Assembly (NCBI GenBank): GCA_964482205.1
Contig: CAYZWI010000004.1
Location: 67,913-131,912 of the forward strand
Direction: 5' to 3'
From: an uncultured bacterium
Lineage (GTDB): Bacteria; Eisenbacteria; RBG-16-71-46; CAIMUX01; WJJG01
Length of the DNA: 64,000 bases
Both the position numbers and the translations under genes were made by a program. Below the pieces are notes generated by a model. That model was not told where the DNA came from. It worked only from the letters and a program-made list of their open reading frames with translations, and did no database searches. The stretch's first letter is position 1, and each line of letters starts with the position of its first letter. Shown piece after piece: positions 37,780 to 47,068 of this stretch.

Positions 37780-39519
37780 ATGGCATTGGATTCGTTCTCG
37801 AGTCCCCGTTTCGATGTGGCCACGATCGCATGGCCCTCCATCGAAGCGTTTGCGCCGTACCGCGAGATGGCGCGGATCGCGGAGGCGATGTCCGCATTGC
37901 CCGCGGGAATGCAGCGTGGAATGCATTCGCCCTCATCATCGCATGCGCCTGTGGACCTCGCGCAGCGCGACGCTTCGGCCTCCCCCTTCCTGGATCTGCG
38001 CGCCGCCGCGCGCGCCGTAGCCGAGCAGAATCCTCACCTGCCTCCTCCTCCCATCGAAGCGCGCTATGTGGTCGCTGGCCAGCAGGCGGGGCTTCTCTCG
38101 GGGCCGGTGTACACCATCCTGAAGGCCGTCTCGACCATCGCCCTCGCCCGCCGCTGGTCGATGAAGAGCGGCGAGCCAGTGCTGCCCTTGTTCTGGATCG
38201 CGAGCGAGGATCACGACATCCTCGAGATCAATCGCGTTCGCTTGCACGAACGCGCCTTCGTGCACGAGCTGCCCGAGTTCGAGCGCGGGCCGCGCCCGCA
38301 AGCTTCGCATGTCCCTCTTCTTTCAGCGCGCGAACCGTTGCTCGCATTTCTGCGCGATGCTCTGCCCTCCTCCGAGCACAAGGATGCGCTGATCGAATCG
38401 GTGGCGTCGCTCGACTTCCACGATTACGCCTCCACGTTTCGCAGTTTCATGGAGCGCCTCTTCCTTCCCTGGGAGTTGCGCTTCATCGATCCGATCGCGC
38501 TCCGGCCGCTCACGGCGCCGGTGCTCGCTGCCCTGGTCGAACGCTGGGAGGCGTGCGAGGAGGCCTTCTCCGCAGGCGCGCGCGCGATGACGGCCGAAGG
38601 CTTCACTCCGCCGCTCGAGCGCATCGGTCTCTTCGAGATCCGCGACGGATACCGGGTCGCGGTGAAGAAAGATGCCGCGGGATTTCACCTCGCGACGGAT
38701 ACGAGCGAAACGGAGGCATGCGACGCGCGCACCGCAGCGCAGCGCATTCGCAGCGATCCGGCGCGCTTTTCCGGAAACGCCGCCTTCCGCCCGATCTGTC
38801 AGGATGCGGTCTTGCCGGTCGCGACGATGCTCGGAGGCCCATCGGAGCTTGCGTATCTGCGCCAGATCCGCCCGCTGTATGCCGTCGCCGATGTCCGTCC
38901 GGCGCGATCTCTTCCGCGCATCTCGGCGACCTTCGTGGAGCCGGGCGCAGCCCGCGCGGCAAGACAGGCGCACCTGGAAGGAGCGCGCATGTTCGATGCG
39001 CGGGAGTTGCTCTCGAACCCCGCCGCATTACTGCGCGCGAGCGATTCGCCTACCAGCCGTGCAAACGATTCCACGCCCGGCGGCGCAACTGAGCGCAGGG
39101 AGGGCCACGCAATCGCTTCCACGCCCGGCGGCGCCATCGAGCGCATCGAGACCCACGCGCGCGCGCTGGTGGAAGAGCTCGATCGCCTGGGACTCGATCC
39201 AGCGCCGCGCTGGCTGCGCACGAGCCGCGAGGATGTCCAAGCGATTGCCGCGCGCGTGACGGCCCGGCTGCGCGAGGCCGAACGCGAGGCCGCGGGGATG
39301 ACGAAGGCGCGCCTCGAGAAGCTGGCCGCCGCCGTTCTTCCCGAAGGCAAGCCGCAGGAACGCGTGGTCAATGTGCTCCAGTTCCTGAACCTTCACGGTC
39401 CCGGGTTTCTCGCGCGCATGATCGACGATCTCGATCCGGAAGCTTCGGGCCATCATCTCGTGCATGTCGATCCGCCCGGCAATGCGCGCGGCGGCCATGC
39501 GCACGAGCAAGGAGGATGA
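37780..39519 (+). CDS. bshC: Bacillithiol biosynthesis cysteine-adding enzyme BshC
   Basis: VVAGQQAGLLSGPVYTILKAVSTIALARR is the BshC/YllA signature. The length (579 aa) is typical. Confidence 0.8.
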   Translation: MALDSFSSPRFDVATIAWPSIEAFAPYREMARIAEAMSALPAGMQRGMHSPSSSHAPVDLAQRDASASPFLDLRAAARAVAEQNPHLPPPPIEARYVVAGQQAGLLSGPVYTILKAVSTIALARRWSMKSGEPVLPLFWIASEDHDILEINRVRLHERAFVHELPEFERGPRPQASHVPLLSAREPLLAFLRDALPSSEHKDALIESVASLDFHDYASTFRSFMERLFLPWELRFIDPIALRPLTAPVLAALVERWEACEEAFSAGARAMTAEGFTPPLERIGLFEIRDGYRVAVKKDAAGFHLATDTSETEACDARTAAQRIRSDPARFSGNAAFRPICQDAVLPVATMLGGPSELAYLRQIRPLYAVADVRPARSLPRISATFVEPGAARAARQAHLEGARMFDARELLSNPAALLRASDSPTSRANDSTPGGATERREGHAIASTPGGAIERIETHARALVEELDRLGLDPAPRWLRTSREDVQAIAARVTARLREAEREAAGMTKARLEKLAAAVLPEGKPQERVVNVLQFLNLHGPGFLARMIDDLDPEASGHHLVHVDPPGNARGGHAHEQGG

Positions 39520-40280
39520 CGATGCCTGTGGATGTGCTTGCGATCGGGGCCCACCCCGACGATGTGGACATGATTTGCGGCGGCACGCTGGCCAAGCTCA
39601 CGGCCGGCGGGCGGCGCGCCGCGATCGTCGACCTCACGCGCGGCGAAATGGCCTCGCGCGGAACGCCGGAGATTCGCGCGCGCGAGGCGCAGGCGGCGGC
39701 GGAGATTCTGGGCGTGCAGGAGCGGATCATTCTCGATCTCGGCGACGGCCGCCTGGAAAACAACGCCGAGAATCGCCGCCGGCTCATCGAAGTCATCCGC
39801 CGTCTACGCCCCACGCTCATCCTCACGCACTTCTGGGACGACCTGCACCCCGATCACGCGGCCGCGGGCCATCTCGTGCGCGCGATCATGTATCCGGCCG
39901 GCTTCGCGCGTTATCCCGCCGAGGGCGAGCCTTACCGGCCGAACGAAGTGCTCTTCTTCATGGCGCACACGACCTTTCCACCAAGCTTCGTCGTCGACAT
40001 CAGCGACTTCCACGAACGCAAGATGGCCGCGGTGAAGAGCTATGTTTCGCAGTTTCACCGGGAAGGCGACGACGACCAGCCGCCGACCGGGATTTCGGAA
40101 CCGGACTTCCTGCTTTCGCTGGAAGCGCGCGCGCGCCACTACGGCGCGCTCATCGGGCGCACCTTCGGCGAGCCCTATCTCGTGACGCGCGTGGTTCCGA
40201 TGAACGACCCGGTCGCGCATTACGAGCACTTTCCGAAGATCTACTCGTCGCGCACCTGGGAGCAGCAGGCCAAGCGCTAG
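39516..40280 (+). CDS. bshB: N-acetyl-alpha-D-glucosaminyl L-malate deacetylase (LmbE/PIG-L family) BshB
   Basis: VLAIGAHPDDVDMICGGTLAKL..LILTHFWDDLHPDH. The start overlaps the bshC stop. Confidence 0.8.
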   Translation: MTMPVDVLAIGAHPDDVDMICGGTLAKLTAGGRRAAIVDLTRGEMASRGTPEIRAREAQAAAEILGVQERIILDLGDGRLENNAENRRRLIEVIRRLRPTLILTHFWDDLHPDHAAAGHLVRAIMYPAGFARYPAEGEPYRPNEVLFFMAHTTFPPSFVVDISDFHERKMAAVKSYVSQFHREGDDDQPPTGISEPDFLLSLEARARHYGALIGRTFGEPYLVTRVVPMNDPVAHYEHFPKIYSSRTWEQQAKR

Positions 40281-40347
40281 CGGGAAGGCGCGGCCGCGCT
40301 GGCACGATCCGAACGGGCGTCAGGATTGCGAAGCGAAGGAGGAGACG

Positions 40348-41484
40348 TTGAAGATCGTCGTCGCCTGTCATCCGACCCAGGGCGGCTCGGGCATCGTCGC
40401 GACCGAGCTCGCGACGGCGATGGCGCGCCGGGGTCACGAAGTGCATCTGGCCGCGTGGACGCGCCCCTACCGGCTCGCGTCCAATTCGCCCGTCATCTTC
40501 CACGAAATCGAGCTGTTCGAATATCCGCTCTTCCGCTGCCCGCCCTACGACTTCTCGCTTGCGAACCGGCTGGCCGGGATCATCGAGCAGCACGACATCG
40601 ACATCATCCACGCGCACTACGCGATTCCCCACGCCATCGTCGCCCATCTCGCCCGCGAGGTGGCCGGCTCGCAGAGGACGGCGATCCTGACCACGCTTCA
40701 CGGCACCGACATCACCCTCGTCGGAAGCCATCACGAGTTCTTTCGCCTGACGCGTCACGCGATGATCGCGTCCGATGGATTGACCGCGGTGTCGCGCTGG
40801 CTGTGCGACCAGACGATGGAGCGCTTTCATTTGCCCGATCCGCCCGAGATGATTCCGAATTTCGTGGATCCCGAGCACTTCCACCCCGGCGGCCGCGCGC
40901 GCTATCCGGAAGCGGGCGAACCCTTCCACTTCGTCCACGCGAGCAACTTGCGACCGGTCAAACGGATCGCCGATGTGGTGCGCGCGTTCTGCGATGTGCA
41001 GAAAGAAATCCCCGCCCGCCTCACGATTCTCGGCGAAGGGCCCGAGAAGGGACTGGCCGAAGTGCTGGTCGAGCAATTCGGCTTGGAGCAGAAAGTCACC
41101 TTCACGAGCACGGCGAACGACATCGCCGAGGTGATGCGCTCGGCGCACATGAACCTGCTCTTGAGCGAGTACGAATCCTTCGGCGTTTCGGCGCTCGAAG
41201 GGATGGCCTGCGGCACGCCTTGCGCGGCCAGCCGTAGCGGCGGCCTGCGGGAAGTGATCGACGACGGCACGACCGGCCTTCTCTGCCCCGTGGCCGACAT
41301 CGGATGCACCGCGCAGCGGATCCTCACTGTGCTGCGCGATCGCGCGAACTGGGAAGCGATGAGCGCGGCCGCGGCCGAGTCCGCGCATCAGCGATTCGGA
41401 TTGGAAGTCGTCGTTCCGCAGTACGAAGCGCTGTACGAACGGTTGATGGCGAAGCGGGTGAAGCGAGTGGAGGCGGGCCGATGA
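40348..41484 (+). CDS. bshA: GT4 glycosyltransferase BshA (N-acetylglucosaminyl L-malate synthase)
   Basis: TTG start with an AGGAGGA RBS. KIVVACHPTQGGSGIVATELA..EYESFGVSALEGMACGTP is the GT4 EX7E region. Confidence 0.8.
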   Translation: MKIVVACHPTQGGSGIVATELATAMARRGHEVHLAAWTRPYRLASNSPVIFHEIELFEYPLFRCPPYDFSLANRLAGIIEQHDIDIIHAHYAIPHAIVAHLAREVAGSQRTAILTTLHGTDITLVGSHHEFFRLTRHAMIASDGLTAVSRWLCDQTMERFHLPDPPEMIPNFVDPEHFHPGGRARYPEAGEPFHFVHASNLRPVKRIADVVRAFCDVQKEIPARLTILGEGPEKGLAEVLVEQFGLEQKVTFTSTANDIAEVMRSAHMNLLLSEYESFGVSALEGMACGTPCAASRSGGLREVIDDGTTGLLCPVADIGCTAQRILTVLRDRANWEAMSAAAAESAHQRFGLEVVVPQYEALYERLMAKRVKRVEAGR

Positions 41485-42125
41485 TCTTCGAGCAGATTGC
41501 GGTCGGAGGAGACCGGAACTTCGCCTACCTCGTCGGCGACGACGAGACGCGCCGCGCCGCGGTGGTCGATCCCGCGTTCAACCCGGAGCTCGTGCTCGAA
41601 CGCGCGAGCGCGCATGGGCTTGACATCGTCTATCTCCTCAACACCCACGCGCACTACGACCACGCGGGAGGAAACGAGGTCGTGCTCGCACGCACCGCGG
41701 CGGAATGGGTGATGCGTCCGCGCTCGCAAGACGAGCCTCCGGCCCCGCGCACGCTGTCCCTGGGCCGCCTGACGCTCGAGCTTCTGCCTACTCCCGGCCA
41801 CACGCCCGACAGCGTTTGCATCCACGTGCAAGAGCCGGGATCGCCGGGCAAGCTGATCACGGGAGACACGCTCTTCGTGGGAAAGGTGGGCGGCACCGAT
41901 TACGAGGCGGGCGCCCGGGCCGAATACGATTCGCTCCACCGCGTGCTGCTCGCCTTGCCCGATGAGACGGAAGTGTGGCCGGGCCACGATGTGGGCGTGC
42001 GGCCGCATTCGACGATCGGCGACGAGCGGCGCACGAATCCCTTTCTGCTGCGCAAGAGCTTCGAAGAGTTCGTTGAATTGAAGCGCGGATGGCTGGCCTA
42101 CAAGAAGGCGCACGGGATCGCCTGA
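41481..42125 (+). CDS. MBL-fold hydrolase, glyoxalase II-like
   Basis: LNTHAHYDHAGG, LPTPGHTPDS and GDTLFVG. The start overlaps the bshA stop. Confidence 0.75.
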   Translation: MIFEQIAVGGDRNFAYLVGDDETRRAAVVDPAFNPELVLERASAHGLDIVYLLNTHAHYDHAGGNEVVLARTAAEWVMRPRSQDEPPAPRTLSLGRLTLELLPTPGHTPDSVCIHVQEPGSPGKLITGDTLFVGKVGGTDYEAGARAEYDSLHRVLLALPDETEVWPGHDVGVRPHSTIGDERRTNPFLLRKSFEEFVELKRGWLAYKKAHGIA

Positions 42126-42147
42126 GGAGTGCCGGCTACGCCCGCGC

Positions 42148-42516
42148 TCATTCGTTGCGGCTGAATCCCCGCAGCCAGTTCCACATCCGGCTCGGCAAAC
42201 GCCCTTGCGATCGCGCCCGCGCCACGATGCGCCGCATGCGCGCGATGCGAGCACGATTCGACCGGTCGCTCGAAGGATGATCGAGCGCGTCGGAGTATGA
42301 CTGCAAGGCTGAGTAGAGTATGCGCGCATGCTCATCGGTCATGATCAGCGTCCCGGGGCCCGGTCCGCTCTTGCGAACTAACATCTCATCCAGCCAGTCC
42401 TCGAGATCCCCCACCACTTCGGAGGCACGCTGGTCGTACACGCGGCGGCTGACATACGCCAAGGCCTCGCGGACGATCTCCTGCTCCTTGCGTTCCAGAT
42501 GCACGCGAGCCGTCAT
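42148..42516 (-). CDS. Hypothetical protein
   Basis: ORF directly downstream of ltaE on the same strand. No family recognised. Confidence 0.35.
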   Translation of the reverse strand: MTARVHLERKEQEIVREALAYVSRRVYDQRASEVVGDLEDWLDEMLVRKSGPGPGTLIMTDEHARILYSALQSYSDALDHPSSDRSNRARIARMRRIVARARSQGRLPSRMWNWLRGFSRNE

Positions 42517-42517
42517 G

Positions 42518-43582
42518 CTACCCCGCGGAGTGGATTCCCTGTTCGAGTACTCGGCGCAAGATGCGAATGGCATGTTCGATGCCCTCGCGGGAGACATCCA
42601 AGTGCGTGACTGCCCGCACCCGTTGGGGGGCCACGGCGAGCATCCACACTCGTTCCTCGTTCAATGCCCGGCAAAGATCGGCCGCGGCGCCCCGAGCGCG
42701 ATCGAGGTCGAAATAGACGATGTTGGTTTCCACGGTGGACGGATCGATCACGATTCCCGGAATGGCGGCGAGCCCGCGCGCGAGGAGCGCGGCGTTGGCG
42801 TGATCCTCGGCCAGCCGCTCGACATGATGGTCCAACGCATACAGCGCGCCCGCGGCGAGAATCCCCGCCTGGCGCATCCCGCCGCCGAACATCTTGCGAA
42901 AGCGATGCGCGCGCTTGACCGCCGCCCGCGAGCCCGCGACCGCGGAACCCACCGGCGCGCCAAGCCCTTTCGAAAAACACATCGCCACGGTATCGAACTC
43001 CTTGGCGAAGTCCTTGGCCGCGATTCCGGAGGCGACCGACGCGTTCATCAGCCGTGCGCCGTCGAGATGCATGCGCAAGCCGGCTTGTCGCGCAACCGCG
43101 CCGATCTCTTCGATGCGCGGAAGAGGCCAGATGGTTCCTCCGCCTCGATTGTGGGTGTTCTCGAGAACGACGAGACTGCTCATGGGCGCATGCGGATCTT
43201 CCGGATTGCGAATGGCCGCGCGCACCGCTTCGGCGTTGATCAGTCCCCGCTCCCCTTCCAACAAACGGAGCGAGCATCCTGAAAGCGCGGCTGGCCCGCC
43301 GCCTTCGTACAGATAGATGTGGCTGTCGCGATGGGCGATGATTTCCTGGCCCGGTTCGGTGAGCGCCCTGATGGCGACCTCATTGGCCATCGTCCCGGAA
43401 GGCACGAAGAGCGCGGCTTCCTTGCCGAGGAGATCGGCCACGCGCTCCTGCAAACGGTTCACCGTGGGATCGTCGCCGAAGACATCGTCCCCCACCTCCG
43501 CCTCGGCCATCGCGCGCCGCATGCCGGCTGTGGGACGAGTGACCGTGTCGCTTCGGAGATCGATGGGAAACTGCGCGCTCAT
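42518..43582 (-). CDS. ltaE: Low-specificity L-threonine aldolase (PLP-dependent)
   Basis: [42 protein letters not shown]. Confidence 0.85.
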   Translation of the reverse strand: MSAQFPIDLRSDTVTRPTAGMRRAMAEAEVGDDVFGDDPTVNRLQERVADLLGKEAALFVPSGTMANEVAIRALTEPGQEIIAHRDSHIYLYEGGGPAALSGCSLRLLEGERGLINAEAVRAAIRNPEDPHAPMSSLVVLENTHNRGGGTIWPLPRIEEIGAVARQAGLRMHLDGARLMNASVASGIAAKDFAKEFDTVAMCFSKGLGAPVGSAVAGSRAAVKRAHRFRKMFGGGMRQAGILAAGALYALDHHVERLAEDHANAALLARGLAAIPGIVIDPSTVETNIVYFDLDRARGAAADLCRALNEERVWMLAVAPQRVRAVTHLDVSREGIEHAIRILRRVLEQGIHSAG

Positions 43583-43970
43583 TCCGCCCCCCGAGCGTTC
43601 GTGGTAATGGCTCTCTTCATGGCCCGCGCACTTGCCGTACGGCCCCGCCGGGCATGGCAGGCGCTGTGCTGCCAAGCATTAGCGCCGCCCCGCCGAGCGT
43701 TACAGGCGCTGCCCTGCCGAGCATCGCGAAACCGCAAGCGCCTCCGCTCGAATCGCTTTCGGCCTCCGCATTGTAGTCCGCGCCGCGCCGTGCCCACAAT
43801 CCGCGAGTGCGCGCGTACGCGTCCCGCCGCCTTGCGTTGGCATGCTCGGGAATTCGCTCCGTGAATGGCAGGGTTGGATTTGCGAGAGCTCCTTCAGCCC
43901 GCAATCCCGATGTGGAACCGGGCGATACCTTATGGATACACTCCTCCGAAACCGTAAAAAGGAGACCGGC

Positions 43971-46172
43971 ATGATCAGACGGCGGCCCGGCATGAGGGCG
44001 GTTCGAGGGATGGACGCGAGCGGAAGAAGGGCGGGCAGAGCAGCGCGCATGGCGCTTGGCGGCTTCGGCCTCGCGTTGCTCGCGATTCTCAATGTCGGCG
44101 CGGTTCCGCAGGCGGACCCCAGCGAGATGCCGACCGAATTCCCTCGCCCGCGGATGCAGGCGTATTTGTCGCACGAAGCTCTGCCCGCGGGAGCGTCGGG
44201 CACCCTCCTGCTGACGCTCGAGGTCGCTCCGAACTTCCACATTCAGATCAACGACTTCCTCGAAGTGCTCCTTCCCGAAGGCGCTCCGATCACGCTCGGC
44301 AAATGGACCGCAACCCGCCAGGATATGCACTCGGGAGTGCCGATCCTGCACAAGAAGACCGCGATCTATCTGCCCTTCACCGTCGCGGCCGGCACGGCCC
44401 CCGGACCGGTTTCCATCACCGGGCGCTTCGCCTTCCAGGGTTGCATCGAAGAGCCGGTCTTCGCCTGCTTCCCTCCCGATGAGATGGAATTCCCCATCCA
44501 GTTCGAAGCGCTTCCCGCGGGCGGGCAAGCGCGGCCGGCGAACCAGGCGGTCTTCACGGCGAACGGGGTTGCCATCACTCCCGCTTCAGGGGAGAGCGCT
44601 GGATCGCAAGCGATGGAGAGCGCATCCGCCGCCGCAACGCAAGGGGCGCCGACTGCAGGCTCTGAGTCCGGGGCCCTGCCAACGGACGCGACTCCTTCGC
44701 AGACTACGCCGTCACAAGAAGACGCCTCTTCGACCACTCCGGCTTCCGGATCTTCGAACGGCGCACAAAGAGCTGCGGAGGGCGCGGGCGTCGTCAGCCC
44801 GGGCCAGGACTCGGGCCCCTCTTCCGCAAGACCTTCCGCCGAAGGCGAGACCACCGGCGCAAGCGCGCAACCGAAGCGCGACCTCGCCTCTCGCGTCAAC
44901 GATGCGCTGGCGAAGAAATCGTTTCTCGCCTTCCTGCTCGTCTTCATCGGAGGAATCCTCACGAGCTTCACGCCGTGCGTCTATCCGATGATTCCCATCA
45001 CGATCAGCTATGTGGGCGGGCGCGCGAAAACCCGCGCGCACGGCTTCATCCTCTCGCTCTTCTTCGTGCTCGGCATCGCGATCATGTACTCCGCGCTCGG
45101 GATCCTGGCCGCTTCGACGAGCTTCATCTTTGGCGCGGCCATGCAGAGCCCGATCGTGCTCCTCGTGGTCGCTGGGATCTTCGCCGCCATGGGCGCGAGC
45201 ATGCTCGGAGCGTTCGACCTCGCGCTGCCTTCCGGCCTGCAAGGCAGGCTCACCAGCGGCGCGCAGAGAGGCGGCGTGATCGGCGCGATTCTCATGGGGA
45301 TGGTGACCGGCCTCGTCGCTTCGCCCTGCGTCGGTCCCGTGCTCGTCGTGCTGCTCACCTTCGTCGCGCAATCGGGCAGCGTCTTCCTCGGCTTCTGGCT
45401 GCTCTTCACCTTCGCCTGCGGGCTCGGATTGCTCTTTCTCGTTCTCGGGACCTTTGCGGGCGCCATCCAGGCGCTTCCCGGCGCGGGAAGCTGGATGGAC
45501 ACGGTGAAGCATGTGTTCGGAGTCCTGCTGATCGGCGTCGCGATCTACTACCTGCGAACGCTGATCGGTCCGAAAGCGACCGGGCTCATCGCGGGCGCGT
45601 ACCTATTGATCGTGGGCGTCTTCACGGGAGCCTTCACTCCCTTGCCTTCCAATCCGGCCAAGGGCCAGCTCTTCCGAAAGTCGGCCGGCCTGCTCATCTT
45701 TCTTGCCGGCAGCGCGCTCTTCCTGCTCTGGTTCGCTTCGCTCATCGGCGCGCCGAGGCTCGCCGCCAATTCCGCGCCTTCCACGACGCTCTCATCCAAT
45801 GCCCAAGTCGCCGCCCCGGCGAAGCCCGCCATCCGCTGGATCAGGAACGATGAGACGGCGCTCGAGCGCGCGCGCGCGGAGGGCCGTCCGGTGATGCAGG
45901 ACTTCTACGCCGAAGTGTGGTGCGCGGCCTGCGAGGAAATGGAGGAGAAGACCTGGATCGATCCGGAAGTGATCGCGGAATCGCACCGCTTCACGGCCGT
46001 GAAGATGGACTTCACCCGCCGGGACGAATTCTCCAAGCGAGCTACCGAGCGGTACCAAATCCGGGGGGTACCGACCATCATCTTCTACGATTCGTCGGGA
46101 AAGGAAGCGACCCGCTTCTTCGGATTCAAGGACGCCAAGGAAGTTATGAGCATCATGCGGTCGGTGCGCTAG
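43971..46172 (+). CDS. dsbD: Thiol:disulfide interchange protein DsbD. It has an N-terminal DsbD-alpha domain, a low-complexity linker, a CcdA-like TM core and a C-terminal thioredoxin domain.
   Basis: TSFTPCVYPMIPI, ASPCVGPVL and the C-terminal EVWCAACEEME. RBS aaaGGAGac. Confidence 0.85.
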   Translation: MIRRRPGMRAVRGMDASGRRAGRAARMALGGFGLALLAILNVGAVPQADPSEMPTEFPRPRMQAYLSHEALPAGASGTLLLTLEVAPNFHIQINDFLEVLLPEGAPITLGKWTATRQDMHSGVPILHKKTAIYLPFTVAAGTAPGPVSITGRFAFQGCIEEPVFACFPPDEMEFPIQFEALPAGGQARPANQAVFTANGVAITPASGESAGSQAMESASAAATQGAPTAGSESGALPTDATPSQTTPSQEDASSTTPASGSSNGAQRAAEGAGVVSPGQDSGPSSARPSAEGETTGASAQPKRDLASRVNDALAKKSFLAFLLVFIGGILTSFTPCVYPMIPITISYVGGRAKTRAHGFILSLFFVLGIAIMYSALGILAASTSFIFGAAMQSPIVLLVVAGIFAAMGASMLGAFDLALPSGLQGRLTSGAQRGGVIGAILMGMVTGLVASPCVGPVLVVLLTFVAQSGSVFLGFWLLFTFACGLGLLFLVLGTFAGAIQALPGAGSWMDTVKHVFGVLLIGVAIYYLRTLIGPKATGLIAGAYLLIVGVFTGAFTPLPSNPAKGQLFRKSAGLLIFLAGSALFLLWFASLIGAPRLAANSAPSTTLSSNAQVAAPAKPAIRWIRNDETALERARAEGRPVMQDFYAEVWCAACEEMEEKTWIDPEVIAESHRFTAVKMDFTRRDEFSKRATERYQIRGVPTIIFYDSSGKEATRFFGFKDAKEVMSIMRSVR

Positions 46173-46375
46173 CCGCACAGATCCTCCTCTTGGGCCCTCC
46201 TGCGCATTGGGCGCAATCCCGACTGCGGCGCACGGACGCATTGGGCCGGCGGCGCGCGAGTGCATCTTCGACTGGACATCGCTCCCACGGTTGCCGATAC
46301 CCTCTGGGAAGGTAGATCCTCAGGGAAGGCAGAACCTCTTGAACGGTTTCCGCCGGCCGCTTTGCACCCAGGACG

Positions 46376-47020
46376 ATGCGCCAACGGGCGAAGACGGCCG
46401 GCAATGTGACATGCGGAGATGGTCGCATCATGACAGAACGCGCCGACAGGAAGTCCGAGACGCAAAAGGCCGAATGGGCGAGGCAAGCCAGGGAAGGGAT
46501 GCCGCGAGAAATCGCGCCCGATGAGCCGGCTCGCATCTCTCCGCCGCCTCCCATCTCTCCCTCTCAGAAGGCCGGGGCATCCGCTCCCGCTTCGCTGCCT
46601 CGCGGCAAGGACCGGCGCGCGCGCCCCACTCCGATGCTCTCGCGCTACACGTTCTTCGGACGCAGGCGCGGGAATCGGCGCAATGACGACCCTCAATCCT
46701 GCTACTATGTGGACCGCAGCTCGGGAGCATTCCACGTCGCCATCGTCGCGATGCTGGTCTTCATCGCTGCGGACACCGCTTCCACGCTCTACATCATCAG
46801 CCGGGGCGGAATCGAGGTGAACCCGCTGATGCGCTGGCTGCTGCAGATGGGATCGAGTTGGTTCATCGCAGCCAAAGTGGCATCGGGCTTCATCGGCTTC
46901 CTGATCCTTGCGGTGCACTGCAAGTTCCCGACCGCGCGCATCCTCGGCGCCCTGCTCGTCAGCGTGTATCTGGTGCTCGCCTTCTATCATGTGTATCTGT
47001 TGACGAGCATGATCGTGTAG
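46376..47020 (+). CDS. Small membrane protein, DUF5658-like, with an Arg-rich N-terminus
   Basis: ..FFGRRRGNRRNDDPQSCYYVDR.. then three TM helices. The start is uncertain. Confidence 0.4.
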   Translation: MRQRAKTAGNVTCGDGRIMTERADRKSETQKAEWARQAREGMPREIAPDEPARISPPPPISPSQKAGASAPASLPRGKDRRARPTPMLSRYTFFGRRRGNRRNDDPQSCYYVDRSSGAFHVAIVAMLVFIAADTASTLYIISRGGIEVNPLMRWLLQMGSSWFIAAKVASGFIGFLILAVHCKFPTARILGALLVSVYLVLAFYHVYLLTSMIV

Positions 47021-47068
47021 GCGAACCTCACGCGCGGCGGCGCTCCATCGGCGCGGACCGCAACCGCC

